NCBI GenBank assembly: GCA_050633305.1
Contig: JBOEGF010000001.1
Location: 172,527 to 236,526, forward strand
Direction of reading: 5' to 3'
Origin: Nannocystales bacterium
Lineage (GTDB): Bacteria > Myxococcota_A > Polyangia > Nannocystales > Nannocystaceae
Length of the DNA stretch: 64,000 nucleotides
The notes beneath the pieces are model-generated. The model searched no databases, was not told the DNA's origin, and saw only the letters and a list, made by a program, of their open reading frames with translations. Position numbers and translations under genes: made by a program. This document shows positions 48,657 through 59,500 of the stretch, piece after piece. The stretch's first letter is position 1, and each line of letters starts with the position of its first letter.

Positions 48657-48726
48657 CCTCCCAGAGGTCGACCACCGCCGCGGTCGGTTGCACGGAAAAA
48701 CTCAGAGCACTAGCGAGGGGGCGTCC

Positions 48727-49152
48727 CTAGTGGTGGTACGGGTGTCCTGCGAGGATTGTTCCAGCGCGGTAGAGCTGCTCGCAGAGCATCGCCTGCGCGA
48801 ACCGATGGGGGAGCGTGAGTCGCGAGAGCCCCATCACCTTGTCCGCGGCGTCGCGGTGTTGGGGGCCGAAGCCGTGCGCGTCCCCAATTCCGAAGGCGAC
48901 CGCGCGGATCCCCTGCTCTCGCCAAACCCGCAACCAGGCCGCGAACTCTTCGCTGGTGGGTTGTTCGCCACGCTCGTCGAGGACGACGATCTTCCCGCAG
49001 CTGCTGCGCGCCTCATCGAGGACCGCGTCATTGGTCCGTAGGGCGCGACGATCGATGGGCAAGAAGCTTCGACTTCGTTTGACGTACTCGGCGCACGCCG
49101 ACTCGAGGCCGGCGTCCTTGAGCTTACCGACCGCGAGCACCCGCAGGCGCAT
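48727..49152 (-). CDS. rlmH: 23S rRNA m3Psi1915 methyltransferase
   Basis: VGKLK, LDERG, F.IG.A.G, LS.LTLPH, EQLYRA..I..G.PYH. Confidence 0.95.
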   Translation of the reverse strand: MRLRVLAVGKLKDAGLESACAEYVKRSRSFLPIDRRALRTNDAVLDEARSSCGKIVVLDERGEQPTSEEFAAWLRVWREQGIRAVAFGIGDAHGFGPQHRDAADKVMGLSRLTLPHRFAQAMLCEQLYRAGTILAGHPYHH

Positions 49153-49808
49153 CAGTCGAGCTCGTCGCCCGCATCGGCGGGGAGTTGGTCGTCCTCGTCG
49201 CCGCCGAGCTCGTCGTCGGGCGGAAGATCGACCGGGTCCTGCGCCAGCGGTGCCGCGTCGAGATCGTCGGGAAGCTCGGCATCCTCGAGGTCGTCGTCGT
49301 CGTCGTCGAACTCGTCCTCGAAACCACCGAACACCAAGTCACCGCGGTAGGCGGGAAGGTCGTGTGGAGTGTCGAGTGCGTCGAGTTCGGAGACATCGGT
49401 GACCTCGGGGGGCAGCTCGAGTTCTGCTCGTGCGGCGTCGCTCCACATGCTCTCCAGGTCGTAGTGCATGCGCACCGGGTGGTAGAAGACGTGGACCATG
49501 AAGTCGTCGTAGTCGAGCAGGTCCCAGGTGTGGTCGCCGAAACCGTCGGCACCCTCGGCCTTGCAGCCATGCTTGCGCAGCTCGGCGTTGATGCTGTCGG
49601 CGACCGCCGCAACGTGGCGCTCGGATCTACCCGAGAGGATGAGGACCCAGTCGGTGTAGCCGGTGATGTCGGTGACGTTGAGGATCACCGGGGCCTTCGC
49701 GCTCTTGTCGATCGCGACGTCGAGAGCTCGGACGAGGTTCTCAGGGAGGTCGCCGCGCGTGAAAGAGGTCGCGGTTTCGGAGGGAGCGTTTTGCACGAGC
49801 GAGTCCAA
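49152..49808 (-). CDS. rsfS: Ribosome silencing factor with acidic C-terminal extension
   Basis: DKSA..P.ILNV, D..LI.SG.S.RHV, W.LLDY.D..VH.F....R..YDLE.MW; TGATG coupling to rlmH. Confidence 0.92.
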   Translation of the reverse strand: MDSLVQNAPSETATSFTRGDLPENLVRALDVAIDKSAKAPVILNVTDITGYTDWVLILSGRSERHVAAVADSINAELRKHGCKAEGADGFGDHTWDLLDYDDFMVHVFYHPVRMHYDLESMWSDAARAELELPPEVTDVSELDALDTPHDLPAYRGDLVFGGFEDEFDDDDDDLEDAELPDDLDAAPLAQDPVDLPPDDELGGDEDDQLPADAGDELD

Positions 49809-49855
49809 AGAGGAGAACGAAAAACACGCCCGATGGTTGGCCTCGGTGGGCTCGA

Positions 49856-50791
49856 CTAGGGCGCTGCAAGGTCGCCCAGGAGGCGCTTGCGTTCCTCCTC
49901 GTAGCGGTGACGCTCCGGAAGTGCAACCGCGTCCTGCGGGGTGACCACACTGGGGGCCTCAGGCAGTGTCGGCGCGACCCGCCCGTGGACCTCGAATTGC
50001 CCGGAAAGGGGCCCTGCGGAGCCTCCCGTGACGGAGTAGGTGGCGGTCGCGTCCAGGGAGATCCAGGCGCCGCTGTTGGCGTCGACGAGGAGGTCCCCCG
50101 AGAGTGCGCTGAACGCGACGCGGCTTCGCCAGCCCTCGGACGCCCCTGGCGGCTGCGTCCCCTGGCCCGGCTCGAACCGCAGCCGTACTGCGTCTCCCCC
50201 ATTCCATCCTTCACCCGCGGCGGGGTTGGCGGTGATCGCTGCCCCGGGCATCAGGAACGCTACGGCGTCGTGCGCGGCTCTCCAGCTGTCGTCGAGCCAC
50301 AGCTCGTGGACGTTGGATTCGACGGCATGAAATGTCCACGGCCGGTGCTCGAGCTTGGCGTACAGCGTGCCGTCGAGGGCGACGACGGAACGACCCCGAT
50401 CCTTGTCGTTGTGCTGTTCGAGGGCGAAGCGAGGCCCCGCATCGTCCGGAGCCTCCCATCGAAGTGCGACGGTGTCGGACACCGCCTGGTCCGCTGCGAC
50501 CGCGGTGTCCACGGCGGGATTGTTGCGGTGCGGCTGGGTGGGACGGAGTGTCAGCGAGGTCTTTAGGGTGAGCGCGTGGGGGCCCAGGGCGTCGCGGACC
50601 GATGCGTGAGGCTCGGCGAGAATCTCGAGCAGAACCAGCGGCTCGCCCGCGAGTAAGCGCTCTGCCACCGGGACGCCAGCGGCTTTCTCGGATGGGGTGC
50701 TCGCCGAGTCGGTGTCGTCTCCACACGCGAGCCCCAACACGCACCCCAACAGGGGTCCTGCGAGCAGGACTGCCAGGCGGTGGGAGAGCAC
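49856..50791 (-). CDS. Hypothetical lipoprotein
   Basis: Start re-chosen at VLSHRLAVLL; lipobox LGLAC; beta-rich mature region. Confidence 0.7.
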   Translation of the reverse strand: MLSHRLAVLLAGPLLGCVLGLACGDDTDSASTPSEKAAGVPVAERLLAGEPLVLLEILAEPHASVRDALGPHALTLKTSLTLRPTQPHRNNPAVDTAVAADQAVSDTVALRWEAPDDAGPRFALEQHNDKDRGRSVVALDGTLYAKLEHRPWTFHAVESNVHELWLDDSWRAAHDAVAFLMPGAAITANPAAGEGWNGGDAVRLRFEPGQGTQPPGASEGWRSRVAFSALSGDLLVDANSGAWISLDATATYSVTGGSAGPLSGQFEVHGRVAPTLPEAPSVVTPQDAVALPERHRYEEERKRLLGDLAAP

Positions 50792-50855
50792 GGGCGGAGC
50801 ATACAGCAAGGCTCCGCGGCACGGCCGGCGCTGGCTGCTATCGTTCCCCGACTGC

Positions 50856-51869
50856 GTGAGCGTGCTCTTGCTCGACCCGATCCTCCCTACGGCGCCGGTC
50901 ATGGTCCCCGAACCATGGCTGCATCTCCTGCTGTCCCCAGCCGCGCGCGTGTTTGCGTTCCTGTGGGGCCTGCTGTGGGGCAGCTTCACGAACGTTGTCA
51001 TCTATCGGACCGTCGTCAACGTCCGGGCCCTTCTCAAGGGGGAGACCCCGACGTTCTCCGACGGTGAGACTCGAGAGTTCTGGAAGGGGCGCTCCCGCTG
51101 CCCGCATTGCGAGCACGCGATCGCCTCCTACGACAACATCCCGGTGTTCTCGTTTCTGTGGTTGCGTGGCAAGTGTCGCCACTGCAAGACGCCGCTCTCC
51201 CTGCGTTACCTGATCGTCGAGCTTCTCGGAGGCCTGCTCAGCTTTGCGTTGTTCATGCAGCAGGTCTACGTCCCGCTGCTGGAGGGGGCCGCCCCGAACG
51301 TCGCGGGCTGGCTGCTGCTGCTGCTGTTCGGCCTGACGCTGCTCAGCGTCACGTACATCGACCTCGACGTATTCATCATCCCCAACGTCTTGGTGTGGAT
51401 CGTCGCCGGGGTGGGGCTTGTGGCTTCGGTCGTCGATCCCGGGGCGTTGGACGTTCCGTGGCAACACGGGCTTGCGGCGGCGGTTGGCGGGTTCGGCCTC
51501 TTCGGCCTCATCCACCTCTATTACATCAAGGTGCGCGGGCTCGACGGGCTCGGCCTCGGAGATGCTCATCTGCTGCTGATGGTGGGGGTGTGGCTGGGCC
51601 CTCTGGGGTTGGCGTTCACGATCTTCGCCGGGGCCATTCAGGGCCTGCTGGTGTCCGTCCCGATGCTGCTGCGGGACAAGCCCGTCGCCAACGCCGACGT
51701 CGAGGAGTTGCACGGCGCGGACCCGAGCCTCGGCACGGTCGACCCCGGCGACCTTCGGATGCAGCGGGTCCCGTTCGGGCCGTTCCTTGCGTTGGCCGCG
51801 ATGGAATTCGTCCTGTTGCGCCGGATGATCGAGGAGTTGCTTACCTGGTGGACCGGCGGCGCGCTCTGA
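50856..51869 (+). CDS. pilD: Prepilin peptidase (A24)
   Basis: GSFTNVVIYR, SRCPHC..DNIP..S...LRGKCRHC, IDLD..IIPN, GLGLGD, PFGPFLA; start uncertain (50856-50901). Confidence 0.92.
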   Translation: MSVLLLDPILPTAPVMVPEPWLHLLLSPAARVFAFLWGLLWGSFTNVVIYRTVVNVRALLKGETPTFSDGETREFWKGRSRCPHCEHAIASYDNIPVFSFLWLRGKCRHCKTPLSLRYLIVELLGGLLSFALFMQQVYVPLLEGAAPNVAGWLLLLLFGLTLLSVTYIDLDVFIIPNVLVWIVAGVGLVASVVDPGALDVPWQHGLAAAVGGFGLFGLIHLYYIKVRGLDGLGLGDAHLLLMVGVWLGPLGLAFTIFAGAIQGLLVSVPMLLRDKPVANADVEELHGADPSLGTVDPGDLRMQRVPFGPFLALAAMEFVLLRRMIEELLTWWTGGAL

Positions 51870-52761
51870 GCCCGATCGCCAGGGTCAACAGGAGCCATGG
51901 CACACCGGTGCCACCCCCGTCGGTGGTGCAGCCGCAGCCATCGTCCGTGGCCGGCGCTGTGTCGAGGCAGTCACATGCGGAGCAGCTCTCGCCACACAGT
52001 GGACGCCCGACCGCCTCCGAGACGTACGCGAGCGCGAAGTAGGGGACTCCGTAGAAACCTCCTTCTCCACAGGGGTCTGAACCCCGCGCGGTGATGCCGA
52101 TCAGCCGAAACTCGCCCGCGGCATTTCGCGCCAGCGCTGGCCCACCCGAGTCTCCCTCGCAGGAGTCACGACCGTCTCCCCCAGCCACGAATTCGATGCC
52201 CGTCTCGGTGAACCCCCGCACGTGCGTGCTCACCTTGCGCTTGATACCGAGGTTTTCGTTCGCCGATGCGTCAGGGTCGAGGCCGTAGCCGACCAGGGTC
52301 ACCGCATCCGCGTCACCGAGGCCAGCGGCGATCTCGTCCCACTCGTCTTGGTCGAGGACGACCGGAATGGGCGTCGCATCCAACGCTCCGGGCGCGATCT
52401 CGATGAAGCCGTAGTCGAAGGCGTCACGCTTCGCCGCCACGTCAAAGTCTGGGTGCATGCCGAACGCGGTGGCCGTCGCGCCTGCACCCTCCAAAGAGAG
52501 TCCGTTGAACACCCGGATTTGGTTGGCGTTGCCGACGCCCCGCAGACAATGAGACGCCGTCAGGATGAGGTCGTCCTCGATCAGCGTGCCGGTGCAGATC
52601 GTTGAGCCGAACAGCACGGCAACCACACCGGAGAACTCGTCGATCTCCTCGGAGGTGACCGGTTCGCCCCCGACAACTCGACTCGGAGGGGGGGTCGGCG
52701 CACTCAGGGAGCCCGGAGCGAGAGCCAAAGCTGTCAGGGCGCCCACGAACCAAACCGACAT
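51841..52761 (-). CDS. Trypsin-like (S1) serine protease with MYXO-CTERM-type tail
   Basis: RVVGG activation site, LTASHC, DSCEGDSGGP; C-terminus GCGC..PWLLLTLAIGLRARRR. Confidence 0.92.
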   Translation of the reverse strand: MSVWFVGALTALALAPGSLSAPTPPPSRVVGGEPVTSEEIDEFSGVVAVLFGSTICTGTLIEDDLILTASHCLRGVGNANQIRVFNGLSLEGAGATATAFGMHPDFDVAAKRDAFDYGFIEIAPGALDATPIPVVLDQDEWDEIAAGLGDADAVTLVGYGLDPDASANENLGIKRKVSTHVRGFTETGIEFVAGGDGRDSCEGDSGGPALARNAAGEFRLIGITARGSDPCGEGGFYGVPYFALAYVSEAVGRPLCGESCSACDCLDTAPATDDGCGCTTDGGGTGVPWLLLTLAIGLRARRRSTR

Positions 52762-52890
52762 GTTCCGATCCTAGCATGGGGCCCCACCTTGCAGACGGCG
52801 AACGTTGTTTGCACCCCCTAGAACCAGTGTCGGTGGGTGCCAAAGTGCGGTATCCAGACGTCGACGTCCCTGCAAGGGAACGGAGACAAA

Positions 52891-53451
52891 ATGCAGAACA
52901 TGCGTAAGTTTGGGTGGGTTTCGCTTCTCGCAGCATCGGTCGCTCTGGGCGGTTGTGACGACGACACTGAGGGCACCAGCACGTCGGCGACGACGGGGGT
53001 GACGATGGGGACCGACGGCACCGGGGACGGTGAGTCCGGGGACACCGACCCCACCGAGGGCGAGTCCAGCGGTGGCTCGGTCGACTGCTCGTCTCCTCCG
53101 TCGCATGCCACCGACATTCAGCCGATCTGGGACGCCAACTGTGTGGAAGGTTGTCACGAGCCCGGCGGCGTCTGGCAGAGCACCGACCTCACCTCGGCGG
53201 CCGCCTACGATGCGCTCGTCGACGCCGACGGCATTCAGACGATGGCGCTCACCGACGTCAGCCTCGTCATTCCCGAGGACACCGCCAACAGCTACCTCCT
53301 GAACAAGCTTCGGGGCACTCAAGAGGACATCGCAGGACTGGCCGCGGGAACCCGCATGCCTCAGGGCGAGGGGGGGGCCGAAGTTCCTCCGCTGAGCGAC
53401 GCCGAGATCGAGCTGGTCGAGCAGTGGGTCGCTTGCGGCGCTGAGGAGTAG
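52891..53451 (+). CDS. Cytochrome c-like lipoprotein (CX3CH motif)
   Basis: GGAG RBS, lipobox LGGC, IQPIW..NCVEGCH, S.LL.KL, RMP, LS.AEI....QW..CGA. Confidence 0.7.
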   Translation: MQNMRKFGWVSLLAASVALGGCDDDTEGTSTSATTGVTMGTDGTGDGESGDTDPTEGESSGGSVDCSSPPSHATDIQPIWDANCVEGCHEPGGVWQSTDLTSAAAYDALVDADGIQTMALTDVSLVIPEDTANSYLLNKLRGTQEDIAGLAAGTRMPQGEGGAEVPPLSDAEIELVEQWVACGAEE

Positions 53452-53473
53452 ACCGACCCGACCTCGTGTCGAA

Positions 53474-53511
53474 AAGAAAGCCGCTGTCGATCACTCGACG
53501 GCGGCTTTCTT
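53474..53511. terminator. Bidirectional intrinsic terminator
   Basis: AAGAAAGCCGCTGTCGA-TCAC-TCGACGGCGGCTTTCTT between convergent genes, with A/T tails on both sides. Confidence 0.85.
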
Positions 53512-53530
53512 CACGGTTGCGCAGGGGGGC

Positions 53531-56500
53531 TCAGCTCGGGGGGTCCGACTCCGGTCGCGCTTCCACGCCGAAGCCAAGCTGCGCTCGGGCTGCAGCGTAG
53601 GTCTTGGTGCACGCGAAGGCGATGAGATCGCGGAGTTCTTCGGAGCCCCGCACTGCCTGCCGCAGGGAGGACCCGTGGCCGGCCTGTGGTGCCAGTACAG
53701 TGACGGCCGCGCGGAGGTTGCCGCATACCGCGAGCCCGACCCGGTTCCCGTTGCGGGCGATCGCGCTGCGCCACTGTGCGGTGGAGAACGGGTCGTCGCT
53801 GTGTTCCTTGTATTCCGCGGTGATCTTCCGCGCTGTCTTCATCGGTAGTTTGCGCGCGAGTTCTTGGGCCAGTTTGCTGACTGGGTGCTCCGCGCTCTGA
53901 TGGTGCTTGCGGCGTCCATGCCTGGGGTGGAAGGCTTGGAGCGTCGCCGACAACAGGTAGGCGAGGCGGTCGCGTCGCAGTCCCGTGGCGAACATGGCCT
54001 GCGGTTTCGTGAAGTAGATCGCACGGCCCAACGCAAAGCTCAGGGCGTCGTGGTCGTCACTCTCCAGTGCGCGCTCGGTTGCCAGGATCACAGGCGGCTG
54101 CTGCCAGCGGACTTCGAAGTAGCCGCTGTGGACGACACCGTCTGGCGTATCGGCGGCGTCGTGTGTGACGCGCCGCGCGTCGACCAGGGCGACCTTGCTC
54201 TTCTGGAGAAGCTTGAGCGTTTCGGACCAGCACTGGCTGAGGGTGGAGTCTCCGACCGGGGAGACCCGTGCATCCGCAGGGACGTCGAGTCTGGGAAGGT
54301 GCTCAGCCAAGACCGTGTGCCCGCCCTCGGCGAGCAGCTCCAGCGCGGCGCCGATGCCTGCACCCTTGGGGATGTCGACGGTCACGGGCAACTCCGCCGG
54401 CTCGTCGAGGCCGCCGCCTGTCTCGTGATACTGCGCGAAGAAGTCCTTCGCCTCCGCGTGGTCGGGGTCGACGAGCCGAAGGACGTCGTACAGGCTGTGT
54501 GCGAGGTCGAGTCGCTCGACCCGTGCGTAGTGGTTGGCCAGTCCTTCGAGTGCAGGCTGATGAAGTGGGTCGTACTCGAGCAGCTTGCTGTGGTTGGTCA
54601 GCACCTTGGTCCCGGTGATGCCAGCCTGCGCGTACATGGACGCGAGATGGATCCGGTCGCTGATGTCGAGGGCTTCGGGGTCCAGCGCGCTCGCACGTTC
54701 GAGTGCGTTCACGGCTTTCTCCGGATGCCCCTCTTGGAGCTCCGCAAGCCGCAGGAGCAGCTCCACTCGCACGCCTGCGTCGTCGATCGTGTCGTCCTCT
54801 TCGTCGAGCGCCGCGAAGTACGTCTCGACCAGCGGTTCGAGTTCGTCCGCCCGGTCGCTGGCTTCGAGCACCCGAGCTTGGGCCAAGACGGCCTCCGCTG
54901 ACGTCGGTGCCAGCGCGCGCGCATCTTCGGAAAATGCCTGAGCGGTGTCGAGTTCGTCGGCGCTCAGGCTCAGCCGTACCCCTTCGAGCAAGAGGTCGAG
55001 CCGGTGTGTCCGATCGATATCAGGATGCGCGAGCAGCCCCATTAGGCAGCGCAGAGCGGTGGCCGGGTCGTGCTCAGCGCATGCTCGGTAGGCGACCTCG
55101 AGCTGGTCGCGTTCGAGAACCAATGAGTCGTCCTGCTCCGCGAGCTCGAGACCACGGCGCAGGTTCTCGAAGGCCGCTTTTCGCAGGTCGGCCTCGGTGA
55201 GCGACTCCCCCAGGTCTGCGCCGTCGGCCAGCGCGGAGGCTGCGTCGTGGAACAACATGCCCGCCTCGAGGCATGCCCGCCCACGGACCATCGGATCGCT
55301 CGACTGTCGGGCGAATGTGGCGGCGTAGCGAGCCGCGTCGAGCAGGTGCCCGCGTTCCTGACACAGCGTGATCAGAGGCTCCAGCGCCTCGGCGTGCGTC
55401 GGGTCGATATCGATGGCGCGGCGATACCGGTCCAGCGCTGCATCAGGCTGACGCAGCTCGAGCTCGGCGGTGGCTGCGAGCGTGAAGATGGTGCTGATCA
55501 GGCGGTTGTTCGCATCACTGCGCTCGATGCCTTCGGCGAGCTGTTGCTCGACCTGATCTGCGGTTGTGACCACGTCTCGATGACGAGACGCGCCGAGCCG
55601 GTTGCGGGCGATCGCGGCTCGGATCTCGAGGTTGTCCGAGTCGTGGCGAGCGGCGGCGGTGAGACGTCGGTATGCCTCTCCCGCACGCCCCGCGTCCTCG
55701 AGGACTTTCGCGAGCAAGACCAACGCCTCGACGAGGTCCTGTGAGTCCTTGCTCGCGCCGAGCGAGAGGGCGTCGACAGCATCGGTCAGGAGCCGTTGCG
55801 CTTCGCCAACCGCCCCAGAGTCAAACAACACCTCGGCCTTGCCGACCATCGCACGAGCGAATTCAGGGTCTTCGCGCAGCGCGGCGTCGAACCGCTCGCG
55901 GGCGGCATTGACGTCCCGTGTGGAGCGGTAGGTGATCCGACCCATGTCGGTGAGAAGCTGTGCCCGGATTGTAGGCCCGGTGACCTCGGCGAGCTGCCCA
56001 TCCATGAACTCGAGCGCGCCGTGGATATCTCCATCTTCTACACGTAGCTGCACGAGCCCCTCGAGGGACGCCGCGAGGAACCGGGTCGCGACGGGGTCGT
56101 CGGTCTGCTTCTTCGACTCGGCGAGAACCCGGGAGTACAGACGCAGCGCGTGTGCCCCATCGCCAAGTGCGCTCCTGTAGAGGTCCGCAGCTTCGAGCAG
56201 CTCTGCGGGCGTTCCCAAGGCTTCGAGGCCCTGCCCCAGCTTGGCTTGGTCGTGGACGGCGCGGGCATACAGGACCTTCTTGATGAGCAGCCGTCCCTCG
56301 TTGGGGGACGACTCGAGGGCGGTCTCGATGACGGCCAGCGCGTCGCTCGGGTCATGCCCTTCCTCGTCGAGGACGGTCGCCAAGGCCCGGGTCAGGTCGA
56401 TGTAGCGGTCTGTGTCGCGGACCTCCGCGCTTTCCCAGCGCTTCCGAAGCAGGTCGATGCCGTCTTGGAGCCGGCCTTGCTTGCGATACAGCCGGCTGAG

Positions 56501-59500
56501 TCCGAGCGCGACATCGTCGTTGCCCGGTGCTTCCTCGAGTAGTTGTTCGAGCGTCTGTGTGGCCTCGGCGTCGTCGCCCAATCCCTCTTGCAGCACCCGG
56601 GCCTTGGCGACGAGCAGTGTGATCCGAGCATCCTTGTCTGCGTCCGGATCGCGTTCGAGCACGGACAATCGGCGTTCGATGATCGGGAGTGCCGGTTCGT
56701 ACTGGGACGTTTCGAGATAAAGCTTTTGAAGGTTCGCGAGCGCTTCGGCGTCGTCGTGGTGCTCTGCGATCTCGGCCCACGATGAAATCGCGCGGTCCGG
56801 CAGCCCCAGCTTCTGTTCGTAGATCACGGCCACGCGGGCCAGGTTGGCGAGGCGATACTCGTCGTCGCCGACGAGGTCGGCAGCCACGCGCATGGCCTCG
56901 ATCGCGGGCTGCCAGCGGCGAGCCTCTGTCAGAAGATCGATATAGGCGTCGTGGAGCCGTTGCTCACCACCGTGTTGCCGGACCAGCAACTCGAGTCGCT
57001 CGATCGCTGCATCCTTGCGGCCGAGTTGCTCGGCGAGGATTGCGGCGAGTTCCAGCGTTCGGTCAATGCGCTCTTGGGCATCGAGCTCTTCGTTCTCGGT
57101 CTCCAGCAGGTCGGAGAACACGACAACGTACTCGGGCCAGCGTTCGGCCGCTTCGTAGATTCTGCATAGCGACCGCAGGGCATCGCGGTCGGTGGGGGAG
57201 ATTTGCAGGACCTGGCGAAAGCTCGCTTCCGCTTGCGGGTCGTCGTCGCGCGACTCGTGGAGCCGTGCCAGTCGCATCCCCATCGCCACGAGATGGTCGG
57301 GCAAGGCTGCCTCGGACAGGAGGTACTCGTACGCCTTTTGGAGTCGGTCGACCGCCGCATGTCGCTCCGAGAGGCTGCGTAGGCTCTCGAGCGCGACCTC
57401 GTCCTCGGGCACCCACACCAGTGCCCGCTCGTGCGCGGCAAAGGCACGCTCGATGTCCTCGGCCCCCTCTTCCCACAAGCGGGCCATCACGAGCGCCACG
57501 CTCGACTGGTCGTCTCGTCCTTCGGTCGGAACGTCGGCGTAGGCGAGTGCCACCTCTTCCCACGCGCTGTGGACCTTCGGTCGTGCCGGCAAGACGGGGC
57601 GGGTCAGCTTCGGGACGGGTGGAAGTCCAACGCTTGGACTCCGCGGCGGAGGGGGAGGCTTCGGTGCAGCGACGGCTTGCGCCCGGGTGCTGTCGGGCTG
57701 AGCCGGGGCTGAGGCGCCGGAGGTCGAGGCGATCGTGCCCTCCTCGTCGACGAGGTCTTCGATATCGAGTTCTTCGATATCGAGTTCTTCAATGTCGAGC
57801 TCGGTCGTCGTCGCGGGATCGACTTGGGCCACGGCGACCGGAATCCCGGGCGTGACGATGGCGGGGTCAGTTCCTGACGATGTCGAACCAGAGCCGGCTG
57901 GTGGAGCCTCCGCGGCATCGTCCGGTGGGACGGGCGCGAGGGTGGAGACGCTGACCTCCTCGGTGTGTTCTTCGGGGATCGAGCCTGGTGCGGCGATCTC
58001 GACCTTGGGGGCGAACGGGTCGGGCAGCGCTTCGAGGGCGCGCGGGTCCAAACCCGCGCCGTGCCAGCGCTGAAGGTCCCGGTACTCGGGGGCCATCAAC
58101 ACGGGAGTCAGCAGTGCGTCGCGAGGCACCGGGGGCCGGGAATAGGCACCGGTCTGTTCGGCGAGGCGCCAGATCGCTTGTTGGTCGGAGTCCAGCTCGC
58201 CCTCGCGCGGCGGGAGGACCGGGTCGAGGCGCCACGCCGCCAGCCGTGCTCGAAGCGCGTACTCGGGGCGTTGCATCGGACCCTCGTAGAGTCGGGCCAG
58301 ACGCTTGTACTGGGTCCGACGCTCCAAAGGGGCGCGAGCCTGTTCGAGCCGGTGGGCGGGCTGCACCAAGAACGCCGACCACAGGTCGTTTTCTTCGGCG
58401 ATGCGCTCGGCTTCGACCAGTGCCTCGTCGTTGTCCGCATCCCGGTGCAGCACCCGAAACCACTCTGCCATCGCGCCGTTGAAATCGCCGAGTCGCTCCT
58501 CTCGAACTCGCGCGCGCTCGACGAGTAGATCGGTCCGGGCGTCCGGGTCGGTGAGCTCAAGGTACTGGTGCTGCAGAACGCCCAGCAGCGTGAGTGCTCC
58601 GATCGCAGGGAGGTCGCCGCTTCGCTTGTCGTCGACTTCGGTGGTCAGCTCGCGAATGTCGTCGAGTAGCTGCGTCTGGAACGGATCGGCGGACAGTGCG
58701 ACTGAGAGCACGCGGCACGCCGCGAGAGGGTCGGCGAGGTGCTCGTAGAAGACCGTCGAGGCTTCCCGCAGCGCGTCGATGCGGCCGGGGACGTCGTCGG
58801 CTTCGTCGCGCAGGGTTGCGGTGTCGAGGTGGTGCTTTGCGAGACTGCGCCACAGCCCATGACGGACCGCGAGCTCCCGCATTCGCTCGAACGCGTCCTG
58901 GGAGAGGCCACCATCGCTCGCAGACAGGTCGCGGACCGCTTTCTCGTACCAGCCGAACGCTTGCTCCGCGTCGCTGAGCTCCTCCTCGTAGACTTTGGCG
59001 ATGGCGATACACGCGTCGAACCGACCCAGGTCGGTGACCGTGCGCTCGAGCATTCCGCCATGAAGCTCGATGACGGCTTGCCACAACCCGTAGCGCCGCG
59101 CGGTGTCTTCAAGCCTCTTGGACAGCGACTCGTCCCTTGGCGATAGGCGGTGGGCTCGCTGTAGAAAACCGACCGCGCGCTGGGGGTCCTCGAGGTGGTC
59201 CTCGGCGATTGTCGAGGCATCGAGGAAACGTGCGACCGCGTTGTAGCTCCCGCTGTGAACCGCGCCTCGCTCCTCGTAGTGCGCGATCTCTTGCTCGATG
59301 ACAGCGACGAGGGAGTCCCAAAGGCTGTAGGACTCTGCGAGCCGCTCGAGGCGGTCCAGCAGGTCCGAGGCCGGGAGCTCATGCCCGATGGCGACGAAGT
59401 ATCCCTTGGACGCCCAGTCGAACGCGTTCGGGGGGGCACCCAGCTTGTCTTCCGCAACTTCGGCTGCCTCGGTCGCGACCTCGATCTGGAGTTCGAGGCG

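Noticed and set aside
47552..48726. tmRNA (ssrA) gene near smpB
   Set aside because: No intergenic space is large enough and no tRNA-Ala-like ends were seen.
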